Part shown: positions 19,110-29,367 of the stretch, one piece after another
Layout: each line of letters begins with the position of its first letter
Position numbering within the stretch: the stretch's first letter is position 1
IMG/VR virus record: IMGVR_UViG_3300034101_006325
Location: 32,001-96,000 of that record
Direction: 5' to 3' (one strand)
DNA length: 64,000 nt
Source: a virus
Taxonomy: Duplodnaviria; Caudoviricetes
Translations under genes and position numbers: made by a program
Notes under the pieces: model-generated
Told to the model about the DNA's origin: nothing
Databases searched by the model: none
What the model saw: the letters and a program-made list of their open reading frames with translations, nothing else

Positions 19110-19730
19110 TTACTTCTTTTTTGACTTTCTTTTCTTGCCTCTGTGTTTTTGAATCTGCTTCCACTGTGCAGCGTCCACTTTTCTTGCAGGGCCTCCTGTT
19201 AAAACAGAATTAACACGGGCCATCGCCCATTGATGTGCTGATGCACCAGGTCTATGACCCGTTCGCCATGCTGCCAATCCCTTGTTGTATATGGCACGTA
19301 AAGCACCCATCGGTGCTCCGGTTTTTTCGGCCTTATTTTTTAAGGCTGTCTTGACATTCGATCCTTTTTTCTTTTCAAGCAAAATTTCTTCCACAAATTC
19401 TCTTAATAGATCGACGTCGTCATCAAGAATTTCGTCTTCACCCAGCAGATCGTACTCCAATAAATCTTCCATAATGTCTATTTCCTCTAGCTGCTCCTTG
19501 ACTTTGCCGAAACGTTTTTCGAAATTTTTGGTGTGCACGGATTTCTTGGTGGGCCTAGGTTCACCGCTAGACATAAAGTCTGTTGGAAATCTTGAGGCAT
19601 CGTATGCTGACTTATCGCCAGAATCCGTTTTTGATCCACGTTCTATTTCTTTTCTTCTCTTTGTCTTGTTGCGGACGCCCTTTAGATAGTTAGGATCAAT
19701 TTTTTTCTTTTTTTCTTTAAGATCTTCCAC
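19110..19730 (-). CDS. basic hypothetical protein (DUF5824-like C-terminal motif)
   Basis: GLAAWRTGHRPGA...QWAMARVNS; start moved to GTG 19730, 5 nt after ATAATTA, which removes the overlap with the endolysin. Confidence 0.6.
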   Translation of the reverse strand: MEDLKEKKKKIDPNYLKGVRNKTKRRKEIERGSKTDSGDKSAYDASRFPTDFMSSGEPRPTKKSVHTKNFEKRFGKVKEQLEEIDIMEDLLEYDLLGEDEILDDDVDLLREFVEEILLEKKKGSNVKTALKNKAEKTGAPMGALRAIYNKGLAAWRTGHRPGASAHQWAMARVNSVLTGGPARKVDAAQWKQIQKHRGKKRKSKKK

Positions 19731-19758
19731 GTCACTAATTATTACCAAAGAGGATTGT

Positions 19759-20520
19759 ATGATCAAAAAAGGATCCCAAGGTTCCGACGTTGAAAGTTGG
19801 CAATTATTTTTGCGCGGTCTTAAACACAACAGCAAAGTCATTGTGAACGGAATATTCGACGATGTCACTGACGCAGAAACAAGAATATTTCAAACTGAAA
19901 ATAAACTTTTATCAGATGGTATTGTCGGTCCTGCGACTTTACAGGCATCTTATAAATATGAATACCCAGAAGCGCACGAAAGATCTATAGATTATCAGAA
20001 TCCTGGCATACAAAATCTTTCTTTTATTGAAAGACAGAAACTATTCGGATATTTTTCGTATGAGCCTGCGCCTACGCCAGACAATCCAGAAGCAATTAGA
20101 ATTAAAGACGCATGGTCGGTTACAAACATAAAATCTGTGTATGTGCCTCAGCTTGCCGGCGTGGCGGGCGCATCAAAGTCTGGGATTGTCCAAGTTCACA
20201 CAAAAATAGCAGATCAGTTCGTAGGACTTTTTCAAGCATGGGAGGATGCAGGACTCAAAGACAGAATCTTGACATGGGGTGGCTCATGGGTTCCTCGATT
20301 TATTAGGGGCTCAAGATCGTCGCTTTCCAATCATTCTTGGGGCACTGCATTCGATATAAATGCACAATGGAATGGACTTGGCGTCAAACCTGCAGACGTA
20401 GGTAAAAAGGGAAGTGTAAAAGAATTAGTTTCAATTGCAGTCGATCATGGATTCTATTGGGGTGGGTGGTTTCCTCGAAGGCCTGATGGAATGCACTTTG
20501 AAGCTTATAAAATTATATAA
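19759..20520 (+). CDS. endolysin: peptidoglycan-binding domain + M15 zinc peptidase
   Basis: IKKGSQGSDVESWQ...DGIVGPAT; SNHSWGTAFDIN; DGMHFE. Confidence 0.9.
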   Translation: MIKKGSQGSDVESWQLFLRGLKHNSKVIVNGIFDDVTDAETRIFQTENKLLSDGIVGPATLQASYKYEYPEAHERSIDYQNPGIQNLSFIERQKLFGYFSYEPAPTPDNPEAIRIKDAWSVTNIKSVYVPQLAGVAGASKSGIVQVHTKIADQFVGLFQAWEDAGLKDRILTWGGSWVPRFIRGSRSSLSNHSWGTAFDINAQWNGLGVKPADVGKKGSVKELVSIAVDHGFYWGGWFPRRPDGMHFEAYKII

Positions 20521-20550
20521 GAAAGGTCCGAGAACCAGCTCGGACCTTTC
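20521..20550. terminator. hairpin between convergent endolysin and hsp20 genes (bidirectional terminator)
   Basis: perfect 12-bp IR GAAAGGTCCGAG-AACCAG-CTCGGACCTTTC. Confidence 0.8.
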
Positions 20551-20568
20551 CTTGGGTCAAAATATTTG

Positions 20569-20919
20569 TTAAGTAACAATAGGAATTTTTTTAGATTTTG
20601 TCTCTAACTTTTTAGGAAGTTTAATTTCAAGAAGACCATCTTGAAGATGAGCCGTAACAGAATTTTCATCTACTGTAGATTTGAGTGCATATGAATACGA
20701 AAATTCTTTACCGTGTCTAGACTTGCCAGAAACCTTTAATGTTTTTCCTTCTACAGTAACTTCAAGATCCGATGATTTGACTCCTGGCATTTCTATCTTT
20801 ATACCTTCATCGTCGATTGAGTCAGCTCTTGCTTTTGTCTGTAAATCGCCAAAAAAACCGAATGAATCTAAAAGATCGAAAGTAGGCGTTCTAAAACCAT
20901 CGTAGTATCTAGTAATCAT
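20569..20919 (-). CDS. small heat-shock protein Hsp20
   Basis: IEMPGV, VTAHLQDGLLEIKLPK, C-terminal IPI; AAGGAG RBS before ATG 20919. Confidence 0.9.
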   Translation of the reverse strand: MITRYYDGFRTPTFDLLDSFGFFGDLQTKARADSIDDEGIKIEMPGVKSSDLEVTVEGKTLKVSGKSRHGKEFSYSYALKSTVDENSVTAHLQDGLLEIKLPKKLETKSKKIPIVT

Positions 20920-21093
20920 TTTTAACTCCTTAGTGTAATTCATGCGGATCCCGTCCGCATGAACATGTTAAACACCAACTTGAGTTTGAAAACCCCCTAA
21001 GCAAAAAATTATTTTTTTGTTTGGTCAATATCGTTCAGAAAAATTCTTGTGCTAATCAATATTGAAATCAATACAAAAAAAATAATTTTCATC

Positions 21094-21357
21094 TTAATTC
21101 TCAAAGATGAGAGGAACTGAAGTTCCTGCTTGCTTGGCCTTCAATGCTTCAGCTTCATCAAGATACTTTTTGTGCATTTCAGCAACTTGCTTTTCGTATT
21201 CAGGATCAAGTGTAACAGTGTCGGGATTGTTTGAATCGACTACAAGACGAACCTGCCTCATCAAATCAGCTCCGTCGACACCGAGAAGAAGTGCTTCTTG
21301 AAAAATCTGGATCATTCGCATTGCAACTGTATCTGAAATTTTATAACTCATGGTCAC
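21094..21357 (-). CDS. hypothetical protein
   Basis: 87-aa ORF in operon context. Confidence 0.6.
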   Translation of the reverse strand: MTMSYKISDTVAMRMIQIFQEALLLGVDGADLMRQVRLVVDSNNPDTVTLDPEYEKQVAEMHKKYLDEAEALKAKQAGTSVPLIFEN

Positions 21358-21384
21358 CTAACATCAATGTAGGCATGTAATAAA

Positions 21385-23667
21385 TCAATGTATCAGACTT
21401 TTTCTTTTTACTTCGAACAAAAGTGCAGCCTGACGTCTCGCAACCTCAGAAATCATCCAGTCGGGAAGTACATCCAAAACTTTTTTAATCGTATCTGTTT
21501 TAACGTTCTTTAGATCAGTCTTTATCGCTGCAGCTGCTTTTTCTTTCCTACCTGAAGGTTCTGTGGACCCTTCTCCTGCTCCCGCACCAGGAGAAGGTCC
21601 TTCGGGAAGACCGGGAACGCCGGCGTCAGCAGCAGCTTTGGCAATCTCGGCAGCATTTTTTGCTTTAATCGCGTCAATATACTTTTTTATGCCTCCTGCG
21701 TCCGCGATATCATTTTGTAATTTAGCAGGATCTTCACCCAGCTCGTCAGCAAGCTCTTTGACAAACTTTTTAATAATTTCTGTGCTTGATTTCAGCAACT
21801 TGTCATATGCCTTATCTTTTTCGGAACTTTGAGATGCCAATTTTTCTAGCTCGCTTTTAAGCTGATCATTTCTTTTCTTTTCATCGTCCACACGCTGAGC
21901 AAGCTCTGTCTCTCTTTTCGCGAGCTGAGACAAAATTTGTTTCTTTTCATCTTCGGACTTGTTCAAAAGAGTCTTATACCAAGTAGAAATTTTTTCATTT
22001 AAACCTTGAAGTATCGAATAAATTAAAACAAGCGCAGGCGTAGGCTTTGATCGTATTTCCTCATAACGTGCGCGAGGCTCTGAAGTCTGCTGTATAAGTT
22101 CTTTGTCACCTGTAGAATCAATAAATACAATTACATCTTGTAAATTCTTTTTTAAGACATCAGCTACCTGCTTATGTTTGGTAGGATTAGACTCTATCTG
22201 AGCAAAAATACTTTCCGATCTACTCAATTCTTTTTGAGTGCCTTGACTTGCTCTAATCACATCTTGCACAATTTTTGAGATTTCTTGTGCAGAGGATAGT
22301 GAACTTGGCTCTTTCTTCGGAGCATCCATCTCAGCATTTGGAAATTTTTGTTTTAATCTTGCAAGTCCGGCCTGCTTTTCTTCGTCAGATAATTTTTCTT
22401 TGTCTACAATCTCATTAAACTCATCCATTACTTTTCTAAAAGCATCAGGGGATATTTTCGAAGCTCTTGCGTTTTGAATCTTGCCAATTTTTTCCAAAAA
22501 TACCTTGAGAGATTGATTGCTAATGGCGCTTTTTTGTTCAAAAAGTAAATCTATCCAATCAGAAGACGTACCATCACATTCAAAAAGTTTAATTTTTGCA
22601 TCAAAAACATCTTCGGCAGTAATGTAGCTTCTGCTCTCTTGCGCAGGTACAGGTGCTGCAGGCGGAGAAGCAGATCCTGGTTCGGGCTTTTGACCCTTTT
22701 TCCCGCCTTTTTTGCCGCTCTTTTTGCTATTGTTGTATACAACCAAAGCATTTAAAATTTTTGCGATGGTATCTTTCTTTATTTTTGTCTGTGCTGCAAT
22801 TGAATCAATAAAACTATTTAAAAACTGCCCAGGATCATCCTTCGCCTTGGCAGAAATTGTAGCAGATGTTTTTCCCTTGCCATCCGTCGCAGCAGCAGCA
22901 ACGAGAGAAATTAATTGACTCGTCGATGTGGCTGGTTGGCCAGACGTAGGTAATATTTTATCAGGTGAAACAAGCACTCCCGGGGCTTCCGACGCGACGA
23001 AATCTTGGACGCTACTTTGCACATTTTTTGTCGTAAATCCTCCGAGGACTGACTTCCTGAGCTGAAGCAGGCTCTTTGCTGGCACTGTCATGAGCTCTTG
23101 AATAAAGATATCTTCATTATCTACGAAAGGAATCCTACTGACACCTAAAAGGGACTTTAACTTTGAAAATATTCCTTCAGCAGCAAAAGCTTTCTTGAGG
23201 ACCTTTTTTACATTCTCAGCATTGTTGCCCGACTGTTCTTCTAAGCTCGGACCATTCTTTTTAAATTTAGGAAAATTTGCAGGATCAGATACGATATCCT
23301 CGAGAAAATCAAATCCTGACTCCAAGGTACTGAGCATTGACATGCTCTTAAGGACAGGATTATTATCGACCTTGACACCAAATACATTAGCCAGCTTGGC
23401 GATGCCGGTCTTTTTCTTTGTGGCTTCTGGATTTTTTGCCATTTCTTCAAGAGCTTTTTGCATAGCAGATGCAGTCACAGTCATGCCTTCTTTCTGTGCA
23501 ACAGCGGCAATGTCTGCAATCTTTTTCTTTATAACAGTCAAATCCTTGTAGCTTTTGTCCAAAGCCTCAAGAATGATATAAGCAGTAGACTCAGCAATAA
23601 GTCTTTCCTGCATTGATTCTGTCAAAAGAAGCTCAAAATTTCTTAAGTACGGTGTCATCTGATTCAT
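21385..23667 (-). CDS. large coiled-coil/low-complexity protein, putative internal head protein
   Basis: clustered LTE/IAE/ILE sites at the N-terminus, Pro/Gly linkers, ATATTTA 6 nt before the ATG. Confidence 0.55.
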   Translation of the reverse strand: MNQMTPYLRNFELLLTESMQERLIAESTAYIILEALDKSYKDLTVIKKKIADIAAVAQKEGMTVTASAMQKALEEMAKNPEATKKKTGIAKLANVFGVKVDNNPVLKSMSMLSTLESGFDFLEDIVSDPANFPKFKKNGPSLEEQSGNNAENVKKVLKKAFAAEGIFSKLKSLLGVSRIPFVDNEDIFIQELMTVPAKSLLQLRKSVLGGFTTKNVQSSVQDFVASEAPGVLVSPDKILPTSGQPATSTSQLISLVAAAATDGKGKTSATISAKAKDDPGQFLNSFIDSIAAQTKIKKDTIAKILNALVVYNNSKKSGKKGGKKGQKPEPGSASPPAAPVPAQESRSYITAEDVFDAKIKLFECDGTSSDWIDLLFEQKSAISNQSLKVFLEKIGKIQNARASKISPDAFRKVMDEFNEIVDKEKLSDEEKQAGLARLKQKFPNAEMDAPKKEPSSLSSAQEISKIVQDVIRASQGTQKELSRSESIFAQIESNPTKHKQVADVLKKNLQDVIVFIDSTGDKELIQQTSEPRARYEEIRSKPTPALVLIYSILQGLNEKISTWYKTLLNKSEDEKKQILSQLAKRETELAQRVDDEKKRNDQLKSELEKLASQSSEKDKAYDKLLKSSTEIIKKFVKELADELGEDPAKLQNDIADAGGIKKYIDAIKAKNAAEIAKAAADAGVPGLPEGPSPGAGAGEGSTEPSGRKEKAAAAIKTDLKNVKTDTIKKVLDVLPDWMISEVARRQAALLFEVKRKSLIH

Positions 23668-23696
23668 CAGCTCTAAATATACAGTTTGTCAGGGGT

Positions 23697-24281
23697 TTAA
23701 ATTATGCCAAAAACTTTTAAAGAATTAAGCAAATCTCGCGAGACTTCTTCGATGGTTTGATTGCAATTAATCACTTGAGATTTATCAATGTTTTGATCTG
23801 CCCATTCTTTATAGATTTTTCTCACACTTAATTGCAATTTTTGATCAGACTCATAAACATCTTCAGCAATATGAGCATGAGATTGACCCAATAAAATAAT
23901 TGTGCAATCTGGGACCTTTAATCTATCATATAATTTTTTTGTGAATTCTTGAGAAACACCAGAAGCTTCTCCGTATACAACGGTTGATAGACTCCAGCGG
24001 TCCATTATAATAAAGTCATAAGACTTTTCAAGACGAGGTAGAACTGTCCACTGAAATATTTGTCTATTGAAGTATTGAAACCACTGAAATAATCTGGGGA
24101 ATTTCTTGGCTAGGCCATTCCCTAACATCCAATAGATGACTCCATGAATTATATTGGATTTAATTGGCACTTCGACGACTACAGCTTTTTTACCCGTGAG
24201 CTTTAAGTAATCACACAAAATATTGCTCTGCGTCGCCTTGCCGCAGCGATCAGGCCCTTCAATTACAAGAAATTTGCTCAT
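23697..24281 (-). CDS. tmk: thymidylate kinase
   Basis: VIEGPDRCGKATQ, IIMDRWSLSTVVY. Confidence 0.9.
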   Translation of the reverse strand: MSKFLVIEGPDRCGKATQSNILCDYLKLTGKKAVVVEVPIKSNIIHGVIYWMLGNGLAKKFPRLFQWFQYFNRQIFQWTVLPRLEKSYDFIIMDRWSLSTVVYGEASGVSQEFTKKLYDRLKVPDCTIILLGQSHAHIAEDVYESDQKLQLSVRKIYKEWADQNIDKSQVINCNQTIEEVSRDLLNSLKVFGII

Positions 24282-24937
24282 TCAAATGGTCCTCTAATTA
24301 CACCATTTATTGTTAATCCAAAAGCAGCTAAAGTATCATCAAATTTTCCTGTTTCTTTCACGAGATCCAACATTTGTCGAGCAATTTCTCTAATCTCCAG
24401 CTGCGCATGCTCTGAGTAACGTAGATGAAGAAAGTGATAAAAGCTTCTAAAATTAAACATGACATCTGCAGTAATTTGATTTCCATAAGGCAAATAAAAT
24501 CTTGCAGACTCTTTGGCACGTTTTCTTGGAACACCTTTTTTAACCAGCCTGTTTAAAGCTTCATGGTATTCTTTTAAAGAATTTTCCATGTGAGTAATGT
24601 AATTGAGACGTTCCTCTTCATCCCAATCTACTGGCGTGTAATATTTGTCGTCTTTGAGTTCTTTGTACCTTGCTGACTCCGCATTGATTGATACGCCTAC
24701 TCTGTGTTTCAATAGATGCACGTGTGACGCAATATCTGTTGTTACCAAAAAATGAAGACTTGACTTTTCAAAAACAGAATGATGTTCATTTTCAGCCAAC
24801 ATCTTAAGAAGCTGAGGAATTCTATTCCTCTTTTCTTCGTTTAATTCTCGAGAAGTTGAAGTCCACGCAGAAAGTGCGTGTGTTTCATCAGACCCATAAG
24901 TTCCAATTAATTCTACCCTATTTTGACTAGAAGGCAT
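24278..24937 (-). CDS. thyX: FAD-dependent thymidylate synthase
   Basis: EHHSVFE, KHRVGVSINAESARY, ESARFYLP, FNFRSFYHFLHLR, HAQLEIR. Confidence 0.92.
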   Translation of the reverse strand: MPSSQNRVELIGTYGSDETHALSAWTSTSRELNEEKRNRIPQLLKMLAENEHHSVFEKSSLHFLVTTDIASHVHLLKHRVGVSINAESARYKELKDDKYYTPVDWDEEERLNYITHMENSLKEYHEALNRLVKKGVPRKRAKESARFYLPYGNQITADVMFNFRSFYHFLHLRYSEHAQLEIREIARQMLDLVKETGKFDDTLAAFGLTINGVIRGPFE

Positions 24938-24957
24938 AAATTTATATTGTCCGTGGA

Positions 24958-25254
24958 TTACTTTGCTTGATCTATGAAAATTAATAATTTTTCTTTTAGC
25001 TTTTCTTCAATAAATTTTTTCAATTCTTTGTCGTTAATAATGGATGCAGCTGCAACATCCGCTGCCGAATATTTTCTCTGTCTAGAAGAACTATCCTTGG
25101 AAGTATGATTAATGTGCGTCACAAGAATAGTTTTAAAATATTGAGCTAATAGACGAAGAGCTTCGTCTGTTGGACCATTAAAAGCATAATCTGGGATGCC
25201 TCTAGCAAGTTCTTCTTTTATCAACTGTTTTAACTGAGTTTTTGTTAATTTCAT
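24958..25254 (-). CDS. leader-motif small protein
   Basis: MKLTKTQLKQLIKEE. Confidence 0.7.
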   Translation of the reverse strand: MKLTKTQLKQLIKEELARGIPDYAFNGPTDEALRLLAQYFKTILVTHINHTSKDSSSRQRKYSAADVAAASIINDKELKKFIEEKLKEKLLIFIDQAK

Positions 25255-25276
25255 AATTTTATCTTCTCAATTTAAT

Positions 25277-27868
25277 TCAGCATTTTGACCAACCACAAGA
25301 AGAACATGTGACGCATCCTTCTTTGTAAACAAGCGCATCTGATGAACATTGCGTGCATGTTTTGTCTGATGAAGTTGCCTTGACTCCATCAGGAATGTAG
25401 CTCTTCAATACTCTAGCTAGAACCCTAGAGAAAGACTGCATGTCGCTGTGTTTGTCTTTCTGCAGCTGTTCAACAACATATTGAACAGGTACACCGTGTC
25501 GAAGAGCTAGCGAAAGTGATCTGGTGAATGCTCCGTGATTTGGATTGGCGAATAGTTCAACAATATCCTTAAACATTAACGAATCGTCGTCCCCTACAGG
25601 AATTTGCAAATTGTAAGTTGCAACTCCATCCTTCTTACCATTCTTGATAAGATTTCCAACCTTCGCCTTCTTCGGTACTTCAACATGATGCGATAATCCA
25701 CAGAAGATCTCGTATGGCTTGCCTTCAAGCCTGCCGACCAACACCAGGTATGATTCCTGACCTTCAGAACCTTTTACATTAATTCTGTGAATGTCGCACG
25801 GTAATTCTTTCGGACGTTTTGGCGCATGATTCTCTATCATGGTTTCCGGTTGACCGTCAGTTTCAACCTTCTTCGCTTCTTTCGGCGTATCCTGCACGAG
25901 CACACCGGTTCGACATCCATCTCGATAAACTGTAAAACCTTTGCAACCTGCTTCCCATGCTGCCATGTAAACATCAGCAACGACTTCACGTGTTACTTCG
26001 TTAGGAAGATTGCATGTCTTTGAGATGGCGTGACATACCCACTGTTGGGCAGCAGCTTGAAGCTTAACTGACATGGGCCAATCAACATCGTTGCTTGTTG
26101 CCTTCCAATAAGGCGATTCAGCAATTTGCTCGTCTGACTTTCCTGTAGCATCCATCCACTTCTTAAAGCCGTGGTGATAAACTTTATACTCCTGCCACTT
26201 ATCACCAAGCTGATCAATGAAATCTACCCTTGCAGTTGTGTCTGTTGGATTGATCTTCTTTCGTCTTGTGTAAGACAAGAGATACGCAGGTTCGATGCCG
26301 CTTGTTGTTTGAGTAAGACATGAAACGGAGCCGGCCGGCGCAGTTGTCGTCAGCGCAATATTTCGCCTGCCATATTTTGACCAGTCTGCATGCAGATCTT
26401 TGTCGACATTCATGATCCTTTTGAGGAACTCACTATTGTTTTCAAGCTTCCAGTCATAAACAGGGAAAGCACCTCGATCCTTTGCCATGTCGACAGATGA
26501 ACGGTACGCAGATAGCGCAAGTGCTCTATAAATTTCTTCTGTTTTATCTACTGATTGTTGCGTGCCGTACACAACACCAATTGCTGCCAATGCATCACCA
26601 ATTCCTGTGATTCCGAGACCAGTTCGTCGAGCGCCGCTGGCAGCTTTTTTAATTTTCTTCCAAAGCTCAATTTCTGGTCTTTTAACAGCATCTGACTCTG
26701 GGTCTTCTTCGATCTTATTTAAGATGGCATCGACAGCCTCGATCTCAAGATCAACAAGATCGTCCATCAACTTTTGTGCCTTCGCAGAAACCTTCTTGAA
26801 CTTTTCAAAGTCAAACGACGCTGTAGGAAGGTAAGAATCCTTGACAAACTTTGTGAGATTAATCAGGAGAAGACGACAGGAGTCGTACGGGCTAAGGATC
26901 AATTCAGCGCATGGATTTGTAGAAACATTAGCGTATCCCTTTGAAGCATAGGCTTCTGTTGGAGTCATCTTCTTTACTGTATCCCAGAATAGAAGACCTG
27001 GTTCTGCAGAAGTCCATGCAGCATCAATGACTTGATTCCAGAGCTCGCGAGCCCGTACAACTTTTGTAACCTTTGCTTCTTCAACGGATGATTCAACTGG
27101 CCATCGAAGAGTGAATTCTTTGTCATCCTTCACAGCGTTCATAAATTCATCAGTGAGTCTAATGGAAATGTTGGCTCCTGTGACCTTCTTTAAATCTCGC
27201 TTGATGTTGATGAAGGTTTCAACTTCAGGATGCATCACAGAGATTGTGAGCATTAGCGCACCACGACGACCACCTTGAGCAACCTCACGGCATGTGTTGG
27301 AGAATCGTTCCATGAAAACACCGATGCCGTCAGTTGTTCCGGCTGCATTAGCAGTGGCAAGACCCTTTGGGCGAATTGTTGAGACGTCGAATCCAACACC
27401 GCCGCGGCGCTTCATAATTTGAGCCTGCTCCTGATCAGTGAAGAGGATTCCACCGTAAGAGTCCTGGGGAGAATCAATAACAAAACAATTCGATAACGAT
27501 TGGAGTTTATATGGATTTCCCATGGCTGACATCGGAGAACCCTGTGGAACAACAGCACCAATTCCACGTGATTCGGCAGCCAATTGCTCCAAAGTCATCG
27601 TTGACTTCTTTGTTACGTCCAAATGATCAGTGTCTGCAAGAAGACAAAAGATCTCTTTTTCAGATAACGGATTGGGATACTTGGCTTCGATACGAGCAAA
27701 CTCACGAGTAAGACGAAGGTGCATATCAGTCGGCGTCTTCTCAAGAACTTGACCCTTTGCATCTCTCAATGCATATTTGTCGACAAAAACTGATGCTGCC
27801 AATTCATCACCTCCAAAGTAGGACAATGATGCTTCATATGCTTCGGCTCTTGTATACGTCTTGCTCAT
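25277..27868 (-). CDS. nrdJ: class II (B12-dependent) ribonucleotide reductase
   Basis: LSNCFV, RGGVGFD, TNPCAEL, TTAPAGS, AISKTCNLP, TVYRDG, C-terminal CxxC...CxxC; no small subunit nearby. Confidence 0.92.
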   Translation of the reverse strand: MSKTYTRAEAYEASLSYFGGDELAASVFVDKYALRDAKGQVLEKTPTDMHLRLTREFARIEAKYPNPLSEKEIFCLLADTDHLDVTKKSTMTLEQLAAESRGIGAVVPQGSPMSAMGNPYKLQSLSNCFVIDSPQDSYGGILFTDQEQAQIMKRRGGVGFDVSTIRPKGLATANAAGTTDGIGVFMERFSNTCREVAQGGRRGALMLTISVMHPEVETFINIKRDLKKVTGANISIRLTDEFMNAVKDDKEFTLRWPVESSVEEAKVTKVVRARELWNQVIDAAWTSAEPGLLFWDTVKKMTPTEAYASKGYANVSTNPCAELILSPYDSCRLLLINLTKFVKDSYLPTASFDFEKFKKVSAKAQKLMDDLVDLEIEAVDAILNKIEEDPESDAVKRPEIELWKKIKKAASGARRTGLGITGIGDALAAIGVVYGTQQSVDKTEEIYRALALSAYRSSVDMAKDRGAFPVYDWKLENNSEFLKRIMNVDKDLHADWSKYGRRNIALTTTAPAGSVSCLTQTTSGIEPAYLLSYTRRKKINPTDTTARVDFIDQLGDKWQEYKVYHHGFKKWMDATGKSDEQIAESPYWKATSNDVDWPMSVKLQAAAQQWVCHAISKTCNLPNEVTREVVADVYMAAWEAGCKGFTVYRDGCRTGVLVQDTPKEAKKVETDGQPETMIENHAPKRPKELPCDIHRINVKGSEGQESYLVLVGRLEGKPYEIFCGLSHHVEVPKKAKVGNLIKNGKKDGVATYNLQIPVGDDDSLMFKDIVELFANPNHGAFTRSLSLALRHGVPVQYVVEQLQKDKHSDMQSFSRVLARVLKSYIPDGVKATSSDKTCTQCSSDALVYKEGCVTCSSCGWSKC

Positions 27869-27938
27869 ATCAACATGTCTCCTGAGTTCTTTTGACGGGA
27901 TGCATAACTATACTCCATTTAATTTGAAAAGATTTAAT

Positions 27939-29357
27939 TTAAACATTCGTAGGCTTTGCGGAAAATTCATTTTTTAATTCTTTCCATTTGGCCCGCAATG
28001 CCTTTTTTTGTTCTGCTTCGTCTGATTCTGATGCAACCTCAGGGGTATCGGCAGAACCAGTAATCTCAAATTTACTTTGTGCTGTATTTATCTTGACAGG
28101 ATAAACCAAACCGTCCCGACCAGCACGATTTTTAGCAACAAAGAGACGACCCCATCCGCTAGCTTTCTCATGAGACCTTCGAGAGATAGAGATGATAAAA
28201 TCACAGATCATTGCCTTGCCGTATGCCTCCGACATATTGGTCATGTCGATGATCTCGCTGTTGGCGCCTTCCTTGTTGGACTGAGATGCAGTCCAAATTG
28301 GTACTCCAATTTCCATTGCAAGACCTCGCAACTCCTCATATACAAGTTTTAACTCATGACGAAGAGAATCAAACTGACGCGATGACCTCATGATATCTGC
28401 ATAATCAATAATAATAATGTCAGGCTTAAACCCTTTGAGATCTAACCTCTCAACGTGTGAACGTATTGTAAAAACTGAGGCTGTATTCGTCGGATATTCC
28501 TTGATAAAAAGACGACCCAATGACATGTTTTTATACTTGTCAATGACTTCATTTTTGTGATCCATAACTTCATTAGAGTCCATATCGCAGAGATTGGAAT
28601 CGTAACGAATGCCTACAGCTGTCTCTGATAACTCAAAAGTATAATGCAGAACATTTTTGCCTTGACGTAAAGCATTGGCGCCAATCATAGTAAGCCAATG
28701 CGATTTTCCGCTGCCGCTGCCTCCGACTACGCAAAGAAGCTCTCCTTTACCGCTGCCACCGTTAAGCAATTCTTTCTTATCGAGGTCTGGCAGGCCTGTT
28801 GGAATGGTGTCTCGGCGGAGGCGTGTAAACCTTGCATCCATCTCATTGAAAAAGTCGTGGCCGACAGACGGTGCTGTTCCAACTTGGACAGCGCGCCTGA
28901 TTGATTCAACGATAGACTCGTACTTATTTGCCTGCATTTGATCGACAGCATCCTCAAGAGCCTTTTTTAAGGCCTGCTTTCGACAAAAATCAAGCGACTT
29001 TTCTTTGACAAATTGAAGATCTCCTGGGTCGGGGTTGGCCTTCATTCTTTGCAAGTACTCAATAATTTGGTCCCGCAGCATGACATCGGTGCCGACCTTG
29101 AGATCTTCACGAATGATTGTGACAAGAAGTTGAAGCGTCGGAAAAACCTTGTATTTTCGTGAATAAGCAAAATATCTATCGGCCAAAAATTGCAGGTACT
29201 TGAGCTCAAAATAGGATGAGTCAAATACTTCCATCATTTGTTCGGCAAATTTCCAATCTGTCAAAAGTGTTTGCATAATCTTTTCTTGAAAAGATTTGCC
29301 ATAAGATCCAAAAGTTTGCTTCACAATGCCGTTTGCTGTTTTATCGTTTTCCAACAT
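27939..29357 (-). CDS. replicative DNA helicase (DnaB/T4 gp41-like)
   Basis: GGSGSGKS, YTFELSE, IIIDYAD, WTASQSN, KNRAG. Confidence 0.92.
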   Translation of the reverse strand: MLENDKTANGIVKQTFGSYGKSFQEKIMQTLLTDWKFAEQMMEVFDSSYFELKYLQFLADRYFAYSRKYKVFPTLQLLVTIIREDLKVGTDVMLRDQIIEYLQRMKANPDPGDLQFVKEKSLDFCRKQALKKALEDAVDQMQANKYESIVESIRRAVQVGTAPSVGHDFFNEMDARFTRLRRDTIPTGLPDLDKKELLNGGSGKGELLCVVGGSGSGKSHWLTMIGANALRQGKNVLHYTFELSETAVGIRYDSNLCDMDSNEVMDHKNEVIDKYKNMSLGRLFIKEYPTNTASVFTIRSHVERLDLKGFKPDIIIIDYADIMRSSRQFDSLRHELKLVYEELRGLAMEIGVPIWTASQSNKEGANSEIIDMTNMSEAYGKAMICDFIISISRRSHEKASGWGRLFVAKNRAGRDGLVYPVKINTAQSKFEITGSADTPEVASESDEAEQKKALRAKWKELKNEFSAKPTNV

Positions 29358-29367
29358 TTAATAATTC

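Noticed and set aside
19731-19868. N-terminal extension of the 19110-19868 track ORF overlapping the endolysin
   Set aside because: Shadow of the + strand gene; GTG 19730 behind ATAATTA is the more plausible start.
20979-20999. HspR HAIR operator upstream of hsp20
   Set aside because: Only the CTTGAGT half-site is present.
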